A DNA stretch of 64,000 nucleotides, from positions 496,001 to 560,000 of the forward strand of contig CDLV01000007.1 in assembly GCA_001244265.2 (NCBI GenBank), read 5' to 3'. The notes beneath the pieces were generated by a model. It made no database searches. It saw nothing but the letters and a program-made list of their open reading frames with translations, and was not told the origin of the DNA. Made by a program: the position numbers and the translations under genes. Positions 51,837-64,000 of the stretch are shown here, in pieces. This DNA comes from Microbotryum violaceum. Lineage: Eukaryota. Within the stretch, counting starts at the first letter, position 1, and each line of letters begins with the position of its first letter.

Positions 51837-54360
51837 AAGAATCAAGATGTTCGAAACGTCGCGCTGCCCGCTAGCTCGCTCCGAGCCGAAAAGCAAACGA
51901 GGGCAGGTCAAACAAAAGGTCGTTCGATCTCAGAGTAGTGCGAGAAGACATCATAATATCCTAGATTGTACCGTAGAATATCCTGTACCCCATATTCGTT
52001 ATTTTTGCTCTCAATCTTAGTCTGGTCAAGGCGGCGGCCTCCTTTCGGAATATCGCAGTGGGGAGCTTGAGCGTCCACGATCTCGGCAACGAGAATCCGC
52101 CAATTTTCTAATGAACAATAGCTCGACGTACATGTAAAAAAAACTAAACTTCTTTCAATATGATTTTGTATTTGCGTGCCACCCTACTTGCACGACAGCC
52201 TCGACTCGCTGCGTCGGAGCTCTCGCGTGAAGCCGACCCCGCAACTCAGCTCCGCGACGGACTCAGAGTTCGGGGTCGTCCCAACTCGGACTAAGCTACT
52301 GGAGCGACAACCGCTGTATCGATCGCGGCGATTTTCAAGTCTGGGGTGATCCTTGGAGCTCAACCTACTTGCTGATAGGAGACCGAGCTTGATCGACAAG
52401 GTATTCGGTCTTTCCGAGGAGTGGATCGTTGGCCTCGATGTCGGGTGCACGGTCCCCTTTCCGTTCAGATCTTCGGCGCTCTCGGCCGCTCTCGGCCGAG
52501 GTGGAGAAGATCGAAAGCTTAAAGTCACAGCGTGGCGTCATGTCGATGAGATGTCTCATTCTGCCAAGCGCACGCCCCGCACCCAAGTCAGCAACCACCT
52601 CGAGCTCGTCGCTTCTCTCTTTCTCCTTCCCTCTCCTCGTCGACGCGCTCTGCACTTCTCGCACCACTTAATCTTGCCGACATCGCCCCCCTTTTCAGGA
52701 GGATACGAAACGGTGGCCTTTGTGGTGTGGTAGAGTCTGTCGTTCGATCCCTCCCACCAAACATGAGTAACCTGGTTACCTAGCTGTGATCGTGTTCGTG
52801 TGGCGTAGGGTCGGACTGACTCGTCTCGTGTTTACCCGTCTCGCGTCCATCTTTCACCACCCCACCTCCATCACCTTACCCCGCACCACCTCTCCCCTCT
52901 ACCCTCTCACTGCGATCTCTCGATTCCCGTTTCTCACGGCGTCACGGCTTGCCATCAGCCTATCCACTCGTCGACGAGTGTTGAATGGCGCCTACGGCAT
53001 GTCACTAAGGTTGTGCCTGGTTTACAAGACCGCTTGCATTTGATCGTACCCTGTGAGTCTTTGCTTCGACCCTTGATCGATCGATGGATCGATCGTGCTC
53101 GCCGGCCCTTGACGACGGGCGAGGCGGGGCTGACGATTCGATCCTCGCCTACACTCTCTAGACAGCAGCCTCCACTGCGTTCCCGAATCGACCGATCTCA
53201 CCTGCTCGGATCGAAGGAGGTTCATGGTACCCCTAACATCAGTGAGTAGCATGTACCCTAATCCTATGGTACAAGGTAGCTTACTTCCGGTGTACGCGTC
53301 AACCTCCAGCTGCACACGGTCTTCAAGCCATCTCCACTTCGGTCGACAAGGTCCCCTTTTCTTTTTCTGTTGCTTTCGAATTGGTTTCGCCTCGGAACTC
53401 TATGTTGGCGGTGCTAAGTGGCAGGCGACTTGTCCTTGTTTAGCCTAGCCGATCCAACTCCTACATTGAGCCTCCCTCGTGAACCCTTTTCGTGTTTTGT
53501 AGTTTTTGAGTGCACGTATCGAGATGCGCATGCACCACGGATTTGAAATTCGATCAGTGCGTGGCGCGGCCTGTGTGTACTCAGGCCGCGTGTAGAATAT
53601 AGAGCTCGTTCTTCATATTTTTATTAAAATGCTTACAAACACCTTCCCGAGTCCAAGGCAGCATACGACATCCCAGATTTCTTTAAATCGACGTGACTAC
53701 TACGGGGCAAACTAGAAGAAAAGATTGAGACTCCAAAAAGCCGAAAGGACCCACCACGTGCAGCTCGGAGTCGCGAGCGTCAACGCGAGTTGCACGGCAG
53801 CGCACGGCCGGGCCCGACGTAACCCCCCACGCTTCAACGCTTCAGCCCGGCGCCTTTCTTGTGGGAATTCGCAGCAGGACTCGCTCTGTCCTGGTTTACC
53901 TTTGTTGTTGTCACCCACAGGCTCGAAGATTGCAGTGCATTTTATTTGGTTCCAAAGTCGCTGTAGTTATCGCTTGCATTGTTACCTTTGTCTTGTCGAG
54001 GTATCTCTTCTCATACTCAACCGCAACTCCCTTGGTGACGGATCGACGATCTACACCCGAAAACCCGATAGGTGCCTCTAGGACCTAGTGCGAGCCTCAG
54101 CAGCTCAGCCGGCTCAGCCAGAGAGCTTTCTCGTGTCCCGACTCTCGACTCGATCTGAGGTCTCCTTCCCCTTTACGGCACCTCTCGGCTTTCCTTCCAG
54201 GCCTCCTACATCCCGCACCGGCCGTTTGATTTTTCCTACTACACGCACCGTGTCGCCACCGCCTTCTCTTTCGCATGCCCTTCACTTTGCTGCCCTAGAC
54301 CGCCGCTATACACCTTGGACCGCCACCGCCGCCGCCGCCTCCCAGCTAGTCGCCGCGGCA

Positions 54361-57300
54361 ATGGCGATGGCCCTGCTCAGCTCGTCCCCGGCTGCACACG
54401 ACTTTGCCTCCCGACGAAAACCACCCCGAATACACAGTTCTTTGCTCGCCATACCTAGTTCACCGACTGCTGCCTACCATAATGGCGAACTGTCGCCCAC
54501 GCTGGACTCGTCTTTCGCAAGCTCCATGTTCGTTCACTTTCCTCCCTCGAGGCTGCAGCCCAGCCGCCGCCCGCCTCCTCTCCGGGTGACCACCTTAATC
54601 GCTCTCGCTTGGCCACGTTAGCTGACTAGATCCGCTACGTTTTTGTTCATTCTTGCCTTTGCATCCGCTGCTACACAGGTCCTTGTCGAGCGACGCGCCG
54701 CTGCCAGCTGGCGCCTCGTTCTGCTCGGCCACGACCGAGCCCGCGACCGCGACCACGACCACGACCGCGCCTCCGCCCGCGGTTGAACGATTCTCAGCCG
54801 ACGGGTCCCCTGACGGGTTACGCGCGCGCGCGCCTTCCTCATCTGGGTCAGGCCGGGCGGCGTCAAACTTGTCGGGACGTCATAATGCCTTCGCGCCGCC
54901 GATCACTTCCAAGCCCAGTCATGTGTTAGCGCCGACAGCGACTTCTTCGCTCGAGTTGGCTCCGTTCGCACAAAAGCCCATCCCAGCCAACAATGCCGAT
55001 GACGTCGATCGACGCGCCTTCGCCGCCCTCGCCCCCTCCCTCGGTCAATCAACATGTCCTGTAACTTCATCGACACTGGATCGGATCGGCCGCGAAAATT
55101 CGGGAGCCACAACAACGACATCAACAACAAAGGGACTTACTGGGAATTCGTCTCCGAGCCCAGCGGCCGCCCTTTCTTCGCCTTTCCTCGGTAACGTCTC
55201 GGCGATGGATGTTTCCCCCGCCGGCGCCGCGATCCATTCCCGAATGCGTTCGTCGGTCGCGTCCACCTTCGGCGGTCGCGCGGGTCTCGCGCTCAATCGC
55301 ACCGAATCGGGATGCTCTACAGCATCATCGGTATCGTTCGCGTCGTCGTCGTCGTCATCGAGCACTTCATCATCCTCGACCACGACCAAGACCAGCGAAG
55401 GCGCGTTCGGAAGCTCGGTCGCGGCCCACAGCGAGTTCCCTTTCCTGAAAAACTTGCTGTTTCGCCAGCCGCGACCGTCCATCTCGACCGCTTCTTCGGT
55501 GTCGTCCACAGCTTCTTGCGCCGATGATAGCAACGCTTCATATGCAGCAGAGATGATCCCATCAAACAAGCCACGGTCCAGAGAACAAGCCCTCGAAGCC
55601 TCGCCCGCGCTCACCTCGACGGCCCCCCTCTCGATTCGGCCCCGGATGACTTCCGGACAAAGTCCGCCCCGCCCTCTGATCAAGCACTATGCCACTGTAC
55701 CACCTTCCAATGCCGATCGCTTATTGCCGCCTTTCCAGCAATTTCACATCAACGAGTCCTCCGCTCCTGACGGGCAGACCTATGGCGGCAGCACCGACAC
55801 CGACGAGGACGAAACGGAGGAACAGGGACCCATGGCCCCGCCGCCGATGTTGACCGGGAACCGACGTCGCCACGGATTGCCTTCGGAATGGAGTTCGGGG
55901 AGCCTTCGACGTGCTTCAACGGATGGTAGCCTCAAGCCGCCGCCCCATCCTTCGCCTGTCAAGCGAGCTTCGCATCCGAACCTGGGATCGCGACGTATCT
56001 ATGATGTCAACTCGTCCCCTTCCCACATGGATGTCGACGGCAGCTCACCTGCGACATCACCGGTAGCAATGCTACGACATCGCAATCATCCACGCTCAGT
56101 GTCCGACTCGGCCGGCCGTAGGCCCCCCTTGCCGGAATGCGACGGCCAATCACCGCTGCGACCCGACATTGAGGTCATCTCTTCGGACTCGGGCGCGTCG
56201 TCGCGACTAGGTGACATCTTCGCCGATGACCTGTCGCCCATTCCACCCTCACGCAAACGATTCCTCAGTGACGAGCGCGATTTTTTGGGGGACCCGGCCT
56301 CTCCTTCGCCCGCATTGTGCGCGCCGACCAGCTTGTTCGGGCTCGCGCCGGCGAGGCGACCGATCTTTGAGAAGGCCGTGTCGACGTCAACGCTGCCTGC
56401 GAACATCGTGCGACGCCAGCGTTCCTCCGCGACTCTTGGACTAAGGAAGCGTCCTTCTCTCTCGTCGTTTGCTACCATGGGCCCTTCGGTCCCTGCAGGC
56501 CCGGCGTCGGCGTCGCTGGAAGCTCTCAGTCCATTCGCCACCGCGGCCGCTGGGTTTAAACGCCATGCCGTCACCTCAATCACGGGGAAACCAAAGCCGA
56601 TGCGAAGAGCATTCTCGGTTGCGGACGCGGCGGTTCAGCTTGTCAGGCGGGAACACAACGCCCTCGACACCTCCAATCGCGCCAGCATCGCGACCGAGAC
56701 CCGCGCCTTCTCAGACATTGGTCGGCACGCAGATCCCACCGGTGCAGATCTCTGCAGTGCGATAGCCTCTTCGACCAAGCCTTTGAAAACATTGCAAGAT
56801 ACGGGCTCGCCTGTAACTGGCTTCCGCAGTCAAGAAGCGAAAGGCAAGGTCCTGCCGTGCTTCGGCGTCAAGCAGGACGGGCTGATGCGCATTACCGCGA
56901 GCACGCTCAATGACCTGCAATCGGGTCTCTTTGCGTCTCGCATCAAGCGCTACCACATTATCGACTGCCGCTTCGACTACGAGTTCGATGGTGGCCACAT
57001 CCGCGACGCTGTCAACATTCCCGAGCTCGCTGAAGTCGAGGAGAGCCTACTGCACAACTCGCCGCCCAAACCGAGTACGAGCGAGCAAGCTCCGGGGGAT
57101 GGCAAGACCGTCCTCATTTTTCATTGCGAGTTCAGTGCGAAGCGAGCGCCTACGACGTGAGTTGTTTAGCTTGGCTTAGCCCTCCGGACTGGTTCTGACC
57201 GCTGCACCGTTTCTGCCTCCCATAGTGCTCAACATCTGCGCAAGCAGGATCGACTGAAGAACCACCACGACTACCCCAACATCCACTACCCGGAGGTGTA

Positions 57301-57970
57301 CGTTCTTCAAGGCGGCTATGCCGAGTTCTACCGGTCTTTCCCCGAGCGTTGCATCGGAGGCTACCTCGCGATGGACGATCCCGAGCACATGGCCAAACGC
57401 TCGACGCAGCTCAACAACTTCCGCCAGCGCAAACGCCAGTTCCAGCGCGCCAACACCTTCACCTTCGGTCAAGGCCAGCAGGCATCGATGATGATGCAGA
57501 CCGCGACCATGGCGACGCGACCGCCTCTGCACCCAAGCCAGTCGCATAACATCCGCGGCTCGCTCGACGAAACTTTCTCGTTCCCCGCCAAAGCGTCGAC
57601 TAACAAGCCCATGTCGATGTCGATGGCCATGGCGATGGATGAGTCTCCCTCTGCTAGTGCTGGGACTGAGAACAAGAACAAGAGCAAGGCTAAGCCTGGC
57701 ATGCTGGCTTGCCACGAGGATGAAAACGAGGGTGCCGACTCATCATTTGGTACCAACGGGTCCTCGCCTTCTGGGGCCGGTGACTCGCCCTGTCCGGGAG
57801 GCAAGCTCTCGAGGCATTCGGTGCCGTTCGGTCGAAAGACGGTGCCCAACTTTGCGCCGGCATTCCGACCTCCGTCGGCGAAGCAACCTTTCGCTATTGG
57901 TGGAGGTGGCACGGCTAGACGAACCTTCGAACGAGCTCACACCTCGGCCGCCTTAATGTTCAAGCAATGA
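54361..57970 (+). CDS. CDC25: M-phase inducer phosphatase (Cdc25/Mih1)
   Basis: Long Ser/Pro-rich N-terminus, IIDCRFDYEFDGGHI, active site HCEFSAKRAP, YPEVYVLQGGYAEF; two introns. Confidence 0.94.
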
Positions 57971-58674
57971 GCCCCGCTCCACTTTGTCACCCCTTTTGAC
58001 GTCGTCAGCATGCTACGAGCCTTTTCGATCATACACCGCACGACAACTGACGAAATTCTCTATCTCGAAAATCATGGACACGAACGCAACGAATACCGGG
58101 CTCGGCAGTTTTCGTTCCTCCGCATGTACCGCTTTGACGACCTATTTTCCTATCTACCCCACGACTGCCCTTATCATGCTACCACCAACGACCATCCTGT
58201 GTGGGATACCGTCTGTATATACCTGTATTCCCCACTCGCACGATCCCTTCTCGGTCGTCGAGTGTGTTATCTTTTTCTGTTTTTACGGCGCATTCACTTT
58301 TACGTTCTCCCTCTCAAAAAAGTCCAGTTGGAAAAATGGACGGACAGCTTTTTTTCCCTTGTTTATTGACTCAATTTCTTTGTGCATACACTTATCCCCC
58401 TCTTTTGTTCTCTTGGTTCTTCTCTCTTATTTGTGACTAGTACTCCCTTCACGATGAATCTTGCTCCTTCTTCTTTTTCACGACACTCTGCTTTGCATTT
58501 CACAATCCAACGTACGACTCCTCATACCATTCGGTCCACGAGAGTGGGACTGTCAAAACTCAATGTCGAGTCTCAAGAAAAGTTCGTTTCAGTCCGAAAC
58601 TGAGCTCTCGATTCGCCCTCGATCTAGCACCTGCGCCGACTTGAGCGAATTCTCATCACTCCATCCTTCCCACC

Positions 58675-60335
58675 CTAGGCATGCCCCAACACGCCCCTCG
58701 GGACATAATGTTCCTCAATTCTCTTCCTCTCCTCCTCCGTCAAAACGATATGCGTCGCTTTGGCCAATTCCTCCAAACTCTCCAACTTAGTCGACCCCAC
58801 AATCGGCGCTGTCACATTTTCATTCCCTGCGACATAAGCAAGGGCGATTTGAGCCATCGAATGACCTCTTTCCTGTGCGATGGCTTGGATCGTTTCATTG
58901 ATGGCGCGGAGAGCGGCTTGTTCGCGCTCGTTGTTGAGGCCGACGAATTTACCGAAGTTGGCGTCGGTTTCGGTACGGGTGGTGGTTTGGTCTTTCCAAG
59001 GGCGAGTGAGGTAGCCACGCGCCAAGGGGGACCAAGGGATGACGCCGACGCCGAACTGAGTACAGGGTATATGAAATGAACATCAGCGACCTTCTGGTAA
59101 TTCTGGCTTCGACGCTAGTTATCAAAACTGACGAGTTTGCAGGTCGGGAACATCTCCGTCTCTTCATGGCGGTAGATGGCGTTGTAGAAATCCTGCATCG
59201 ACACGAACTGGGTCTGGTTCTTGGAACTGGCGTAGGCCTGCATCTGGTGGAACTGATACGCGTAGCACGAACTCATGCCGATGTAGCGCACTTTGCCTGA
59301 TTTGACAATCTGCGTGGGAAATCGGGAGCAACTATATCGTTAGCTGTCGGGGCCACTGGCAGAGACCCAACCGGAATAGTGACTCACGTCATGAAGAGCA
59401 TCCATCGTCTCCTCGATAGGAGTCTCGTAATCGAATCGATGGCATTGCAAAAGATCGATATAGTCGACACCCATCCTCTCGAGCGAGGCATCGACCGAGT
59501 TGAAGATGTGAACGCGCGAGAGACCGTGTTGGTTGGCGTAGCCCTGGCTGTCCGGGTCGGTCAGCTTGGAAGGGTGTGCTTTGGGGTCTTTGGCGACCGT
59601 CATGAAGACCTGGTATGAGCGGCGTAGGGTCGATTCAGCTTTGACTCATGCTCTGATAGCCCGGCGAGGCGATCTATTCAGTGAATTTTTGGAGGACCGA
59701 CCTTGGTCATGAGAACAACGTCTTGGCGAGGGATGTTGTGCACCTTGAGCGCCTTGCCGACGATCCTCTCCGACTCACCATTCGAATACTGTTATATTCG
59801 TAACATGGTGCATTTGAGAAAGATAGGGTCAGTCGGATCAAGCTTTTCCAAAGGCCCATTCAGCCGAACGGGAATAAGTTGCACTTACGACATTGGCCGT
59901 GCTGAGTAAAAGGAAGGATGGAAAAGGTCAACATCAATCTCTATTGCCAGAGAGCTCATTCGTGGGTGTGCAGCGCCAACTCACTCCCACGTGTTGATGC
60001 CGAGATCGAAAGCGGCCTTGAAGTGGGGCAGCGACTCTTGCTCGTCCAAGACCCATCCGGCCCAGTCCTTGTTGCCGTCTGTTAGTGATGGAACGCTTGA
60101 GTAATCTCAGAGCTTGGTGATCTTTCACATCGTACTTGCTCTTACTTACACGACATGCAGCCGAGGATGATCTACGAAGGCCAAGTCCACAGAGCGCCGG
60201 AATCAGGTGCATGATGTCAGCTGCTAAGTGACACACCTCCACATCGCGTAGGAAGTTGATGCTCACCTTGGACACCTTGAGGCCCGAATTGCCGAGTCGC
60301 ACGTAGCCGACCTTGGAGGGGAGTTCTTCTGTCAT
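58675..60335 (-). CDS. Aldo-keto reductase (aryl-alcohol dehydrogenase-like), with a 13-nt micro-exon at 59889-59901
   Basis: [59 protein letters not shown]. Confidence 0.95.
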
Positions 60336-60810
60336 GGCTCGGATTGTCGAAGGATAGTAGGTGTGGTGGAGGAGTTGGAGCAAAGGTAAGAGCTGCAGTG
60401 AGCACGATCATCGACAGCGGCCAGGCTGATCTGATCGCGCGGCAACGCACCGGCCAGCAACGGCCTCGGCATTGGCGCGTCCCTTTCAGCTCCACCTCCA
60501 CTTAAATTGAGTCTTGAGAGCCGACCGGTGAATAGCGCTTATACTATGACATCGCCTCGAGTAGCAGTTCATCACCCAATAGCAGTTTGTACCGTCCAAC
60601 CTGAGGCAGAGTCTTCATCTTAACTTGAAGTTAGCTTGCCACTGCAGCCACTGCCGAGTGCCGACGCCTGCCGACGCACCACCGACGGGAAATGCCGAGC
60701 GGCCGCGGCTCCACCCGTTCGGCTTCTTTTTAGCCCTTCCTTGGCCTTGCTCGACACCTTCCAGGATAACTCACCAGCCCGTACTCTATACGCCAACAGT
60801 CACCTCCGGT

Positions 60811-62187
60811 ATGAGCCTCCCCCAACTGCCCAATGTGACCAAGGTATGTCCGGTCCCGCTCCAGTTGTGCCCCCGGCGGTTACCGCATCGTTCGCAGACT
60901 GGTGAAGCCCCACATTCGTCTTGGCTCCGGCTAACGCCTTTCGATGTCGAATCGTGCAATCTACTCGTGGTCCGGTGGCGACCTAGCTATCACGCTACGT
61001 AACTAGGATCTTGGGACAGAACCCTGGGCGGTATTCCCTTCAGGGCACGAATACGTACCTCATTCATGTCAGTCGAGGCACCGCCGTTCCCCGCTCTTCC
61101 CCAAGTCGTATGCTCACGGAGTCGACCCTATGATGCCAACCCTTAGGACCCCGACCACCCCACCTCCCTGATCCTCCTCGACACAGCCCAGGGCATACCC
61201 TCCTACCTACCCCTCGTAACCCCCTTCCTCAGCTCTCCCTCCCTCCAATCGATCCAAATCGTGCTCTCGCACTGGCACCAAGATCACGTCGGAGGTCTGA
61301 AAGACGTTTTGGAGGTGTTGAAAGGCAAAAAATGGACGATATGGAAACATGCTACTTCCGGTGGAGAGGGGGAAAAGGACCAGGATCGGGAATTGGAGGA
61401 GGTCGTTCGGCGGATTGTGCAAGGGGGAGACAAGGGGGACGAGTCGGCTCATTCTGCTGCCCAGACGCTGGTGAAAGGCGGTCGTATCAGGGCATTGAAA
61501 CAAGGGCAAAAACTCAAAGTCGGTAACGTCGAACTCGACATTCTCCATACACCGGGTCATACGACCGATTCCATCTCCTTACTCCTTTCCGTACCCGAGT
61601 CGGACCCGAAGTTATTCACGTTCGATACCGTTCTAGGACATGGCACCGCCGTCTTTGGAGATCTAGGAGCGTATATGGCTTCGTTGAAGTATTTGCTCGA
61701 GAGGATGGGCAAGGAAGGGGAGGGGGAGATGGAGGTGTATCCTGGCCATGGGGAGACGATCAAGGAGGGGAGGGCGAAGGTCGGGGAGTACCTTAGACAT
61801 CGGCAGGAGAGGGAGGATCAGGTCGTCGAGGCGCTCAAGGTGGGAAGTGGCAGTGGCGGGAAGGTACTGAAAGCGAGCGAGTGAGTTGCAGTTGCATTCA
61901 TGTTGATCAGGATCTTGCAGGCTAACTTGCCTCCCGACTGGGTTTGCTCCACCCCGAAAAGTCTGACGGAATCTATCTACGCCTCGACGATCCCGGACGA
62001 ACTCAAACTTGCCGCAACGAGGGGGTTGCTGTTGCATCTCAACAAGCTGGAAAAGGATGGTCAAGTGCAGAGAAAAGAAGCTTCGGGATCTGATAAGGAT
62101 GTGGCACCTTTGCCGGGGTGGAATGATGGATGGAAGTGGGTCGGATCGGGGAGTGGACGGGCCAGTCCGAGTGGGGCCAAGATTTGA
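60811..62187 (+). CDS. LACTB2-like metallo-beta-lactamase fold protein
   Basis: RILGQNPG..LQGTNTY, SHWHQDH (HxHxDH), TPGHT, YPGHG, YLRHRQEREDQV. Confidence 0.92.
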
Positions 62188-62267
62188 TTCACAGACGCAT
62201 GATATTACAACATGGGTTGTACTGCTGTGCGAGAGATGAACGATGCGGAGATGTACAGTGGAGGAAG

Positions 62268-63130
62268 TTATGAAATGTCGAGGGAGGGGTTGCGACTCTT
62301 TTCGATCCGGGTGACTTCTTGCTCGGCTTCGGAGACAATATCGTTCCATTGAACAAACACTTCGGAGAGGGTCGAGATCTGCGCGGTGCTCGTAGACCAG
62401 TGCTCAGCTTGAAGGCGCGACTGCAACTTGTGAGCGGATGGACGCACATAATCGTAGTACCGGCTCAAGAGGTTGTGGGTCTTGTGTTCGAGGTCTTGAT
62501 ACGATGCCGCGACGGGTTTGACGTCTTGCTTTGTCCGAGCGAGCTCTGTGCTCAGATCTTGGTGTTCTGTGATGCAGCAAAGGTAGGGGATGAAGATCCG
62601 ATTGTGCTGATTTCGAGGGATGTAGTGGCGCCACTGGATGATCACTCACGAGCCAGTTCGCCCGCGCCGACGACGCCTTGATCGTCCAGCAGTGCGATCT
62701 GCCTCAGTTCCCATTCGAGTTGGCGGATCTCGTACTCGGCTTCGAGGATGAGGCTGACTTTGGAGTGTGGTGTGAGGTCATCGTGGTTTGAGGAGGAGGA
62801 GGGATGATGGAATGGCACAGGGGGTACGGTCAGGAGAGGCTCGTTCAGGTCGTCTGCGGGGGTCGCGAAGTAACAAGTCAATGCTCTGCTCGAAGAATGC
62901 AACTTGACGCATTGGCCATACCCACAGTTGGCTACGAATTTGCGGAGGGCATCCGTTCCCGGCCCTGCTTCGAGCACGAGGTCGAGCGACGAAGCGAGCT
63001 GCGACACGCGACGGGACAACGAAGCCGTGTTCGAGGCTGAGGTGGGAGCGGTGGTCGAAGTGGATGACCGCGTGAGCAAGGTCTCGAGATAGCGTATCCG
63101 TAGATCGAGGGCTAGGTCGGGCGTGGACAT
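62268..63130 (-). CDS. Probable dynactin p22/p24 subunit (DCTN3/Ro10-like)
   Basis: Short helical protein: LDLRIRYLETLL ... LLSRYYDYISTLSEVFVQWNDIVSEAE; three introns. Family recognised by pattern only. Confidence 0.7.
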
Positions 63131-63522
63131 GGTTGCGGCGGGGACCAGGTAGAGGCTGAAGCAGCGGGAACGGGGTTGGGCGCGACGCGTGATGACGTTG
63201 CACGCTGTTGCACGCTGTTGCACGCTCAATCCTGCTCAATCGATTACTAATCAATTTCAGCCTGGATCGGGTCTTGGACTAGTCTTGGACTTTGCCGCGC
63301 CAAGCGTCTCCTGAGTCTCCTCGTCTTGTTGCATCTTGCACTGGTCCTCGTACGCGCTCATCTCACGCGGCAGCACTTCTCTGTCTTTCCTCCTGTCGCC
63401 CTAGCTTCTGACCTCACAGCCCCGTCTTTCATCTCCGTCGCCGTCTCGCGCCTATCCCCGTCCCGTGTCGGAAGGAGGCGCTTGATCCCGACCTAATATT
63501 CGATCCGACGCGCTGCCCCACG

Positions 63523-64000
63523 ATGGCACTGCAGATCTCTTCCCCCAACTCCAACTGGGACCTCTGGCTATCCCCCACCGTCTCCCTCTCGCTCATCATC
63601 GAGTCCGAAACCGCGGCCCCTTCCCTGACCCGCTCCCTGTCCCAATTCGTCCTCCTCGTCTTTCGCCGCTCGCTCCTGCAGGAACAGTTGAGCTACGAGC
63701 TCTCTCAGCGACCGCTAGGGCAAGGGGAACAGGTTGGAGCCGTGTCGAGCACGACGTTGAGGGTCGTCGATTATGCTTATCACAAGACTGTCGTTGGCGC
63801 TAATGTCGGTGCACGAGACTCTCCGAGCGAGGTGGAGGTCGGCTTCACTGACCGCGCGAGGATGTCGCCTACAGAGCGAAAGCAGAGGCACACCCATCTA
63901 CCCGGAAGAATTCGCAGCGACCATATCCACCGACCATGGGATAGACCAAACCACATCCGTCAGTACCCGACCTCAGTAGAACCGGCGAAGATTTTTTATC
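63523..64000 (+). CDS. Hypothetical protein, 5' part (runs off the window)
   Basis: ATG at 63523 opens a stop-free frame of about 159 codons to the window end, divergent from the dynactin-like gene and after a pyrimidine-rich leader. Confidence 0.5.
   Translation, partial: MALQISSPNSNWDLWLSPTVSLSLIIESETAAPSLTRSLSQFVLLVFRRSLLQEQLSYELSQRPLGQGEQVGAVSSTTLRVVDYAYHKTVVGANVGARDSPSEVEVGFTDRARMSPTERKQRHTHLPGRIRSDHIHRPWDRPNHIRQYPTSVEPAKIFY

Overview
Gene-dense, intron-rich fungal genomic DNA (short GT-AG introns with CTRAC-like branch points). Gene content suggests a basidiomycete, probably a Pucciniomycotina/Microbotryomycetes yeast; this is inference. All calls were made by eye, with no database search. 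Conserved genes in order: 5' part of cytosolic HSP70, SAP-domain TKL-like kinase, proteasome ATPase RPT4, UBE2L3-like E2, inositol polyphosphate 5-phosphatase, Cap64/Cas3-like GDS esterase-fold protein, PWWP/Tudor-like protein, FUSC/ArAE membrane protein, SER1, CreC/WDR20-like WD40, REEP/Yop1-family protein, PL14 lyase, P4-ATPase flippase, Cdc25 phosphatase, aldo-keto reductase, LACTB2-like metallo-beta-lactamase, a dynactin p24-like gene and an ORF running off the right end. Three accessory stretches (about 2.0-2.2, 16.8-18.5 and 45.6-52.2 kb) carry inverted-repeat elements and a decayed multi-exon FEN1/XPG-type PIN nuclease gene bracketed by near-identical 16-bp direct repeats. The most notable observations are: (1) a TKL-type kinase with a WNK-style relocated catalytic lysine; (2) the PIN-nuclease candidate selfish element; (3) a PL14 catalytic domain interrupted by a ~170-aa insert bearing four Lys-Arg sites; (4) an E2 gene whose ATG appears split by an intron; (5) helically phased TCTGA/TCAGA arrays in divergent promoters. 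No rRNA, tRNA or CRISPR array was recognised.
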